Source: a virus
Lineage: Duplodnaviria > Caudoviricetes
DNA: 33,996 nt
IMG/VR virus record: IMGVR_UViG_3300020161_002697
Location: 1-33,996 of that record
Reading direction: 5' to 3' (one strand)
The notes under the pieces are model-generated. The model was not told the DNA's origin and searched no databases. It saw nothing but the letters and a program-made list of their open reading frames with translations. The position numbers and the translations under genes were made by a program. Positions 33,634 through 33,996 of this stretch are shown piece by piece. The stretch's first letter is position 1; each line of letters begins with the position of its first letter.

Positions 33634-33667
33634 CGACTATAAGCATAAAAAATCCAAGGAAGCAAAA

Positions 33668-33996
33668 ATGATAAATCTAATGAACAGAAAGAAACAGATC
33701 GAGCCTAGCCCATGGACATTGATCAAGGCAGAGGACGGATTCGTCTTTGATCTCAATGATGCAGAAAATCAAGAGACGATTGAGAAGATGCTACACAAGT
33801 CTTTTAGGGGCAGATCGGGATATAGCGATGATCATCTAGTGAGCTATTACATCCTGCTCGAGAGATATCTAAAGCAGGTCAAGGCTTTTGAGAATCGAGA
33901 ACGCATTTTAGGATATCTAAAGGCGGTCGCAAGAATCCATTATTTATCGGGCTTTCTCAATTCGAGACGACGATCAAAATATGAGATATCAAGCTC
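33668..33996 (+). CDS. sigma70/ECF-like transcription factor, paralogue 2, truncated by window end (not in ORF track)
   Basis: SD AAGGA, ATG 33668. MINLMNRKKQIEPSPWTLIKAEDGFVFDLNDAENQETI... aligns without gaps to paralogue 1. Confidence 0.7.
   Translation, partial: MINLMNRKKQIEPSPWTLIKAEDGFVFDLNDAENQETIEKMLHKSFRGRSGYSDDHLVSYYILLERYLKQVKAFENRERILGYLKAVARIHYLSGFLNSRRRSKYEISS

Overview
This window is most of a tailed dsDNA phage genome with a siphovirus-like layout and no recognisable host genes, integrase, tRNA or CRISPR array. The + strand starts with the 3' end of an N4/N6 DNA methyltransferase. A virion operon follows: Mu gp29-like portal, protease/scaffold, DUF2190 cement, lambda E-like major capsid, gpF-like minor head protein, neck, tail tube, tail chaperone with a -1 frameshift, tape measure, tail tip proteins, a modular tail fibre and three small tip proteins. 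Then come an M15A endolysin, a holin-like gene and a class II ribonucleotide reductase. The right third holds divergent early/middle units: RecT-like annealing protein, DnaB, a Cro-like HTH, a replication initiator with internal palindromic iterons, dCMP deaminase, a lytic transglycosylase, ThyX, SSB, a small-terminase-like HTH and two tandem sigma-like paralogues, the second cut by the window end. I did not recognise a large terminase. The most interesting signals are: (i) an initiator apparently fused to a degenerate DnaC-like ATPase, with iteron-like copies in its own divergent promoter; (ii) the tandem sigma-like paralogues; (iii) a densely base-paired, possibly switch-like intergenic region upstream of the portal; (iv) a hairpin that buries the nrdJ ribosome-binding site; (v) three tip genes joined by an identical TGGAGGAT-N6-ATG junction. 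All product calls come from reading motifs by eye, not from database searches.
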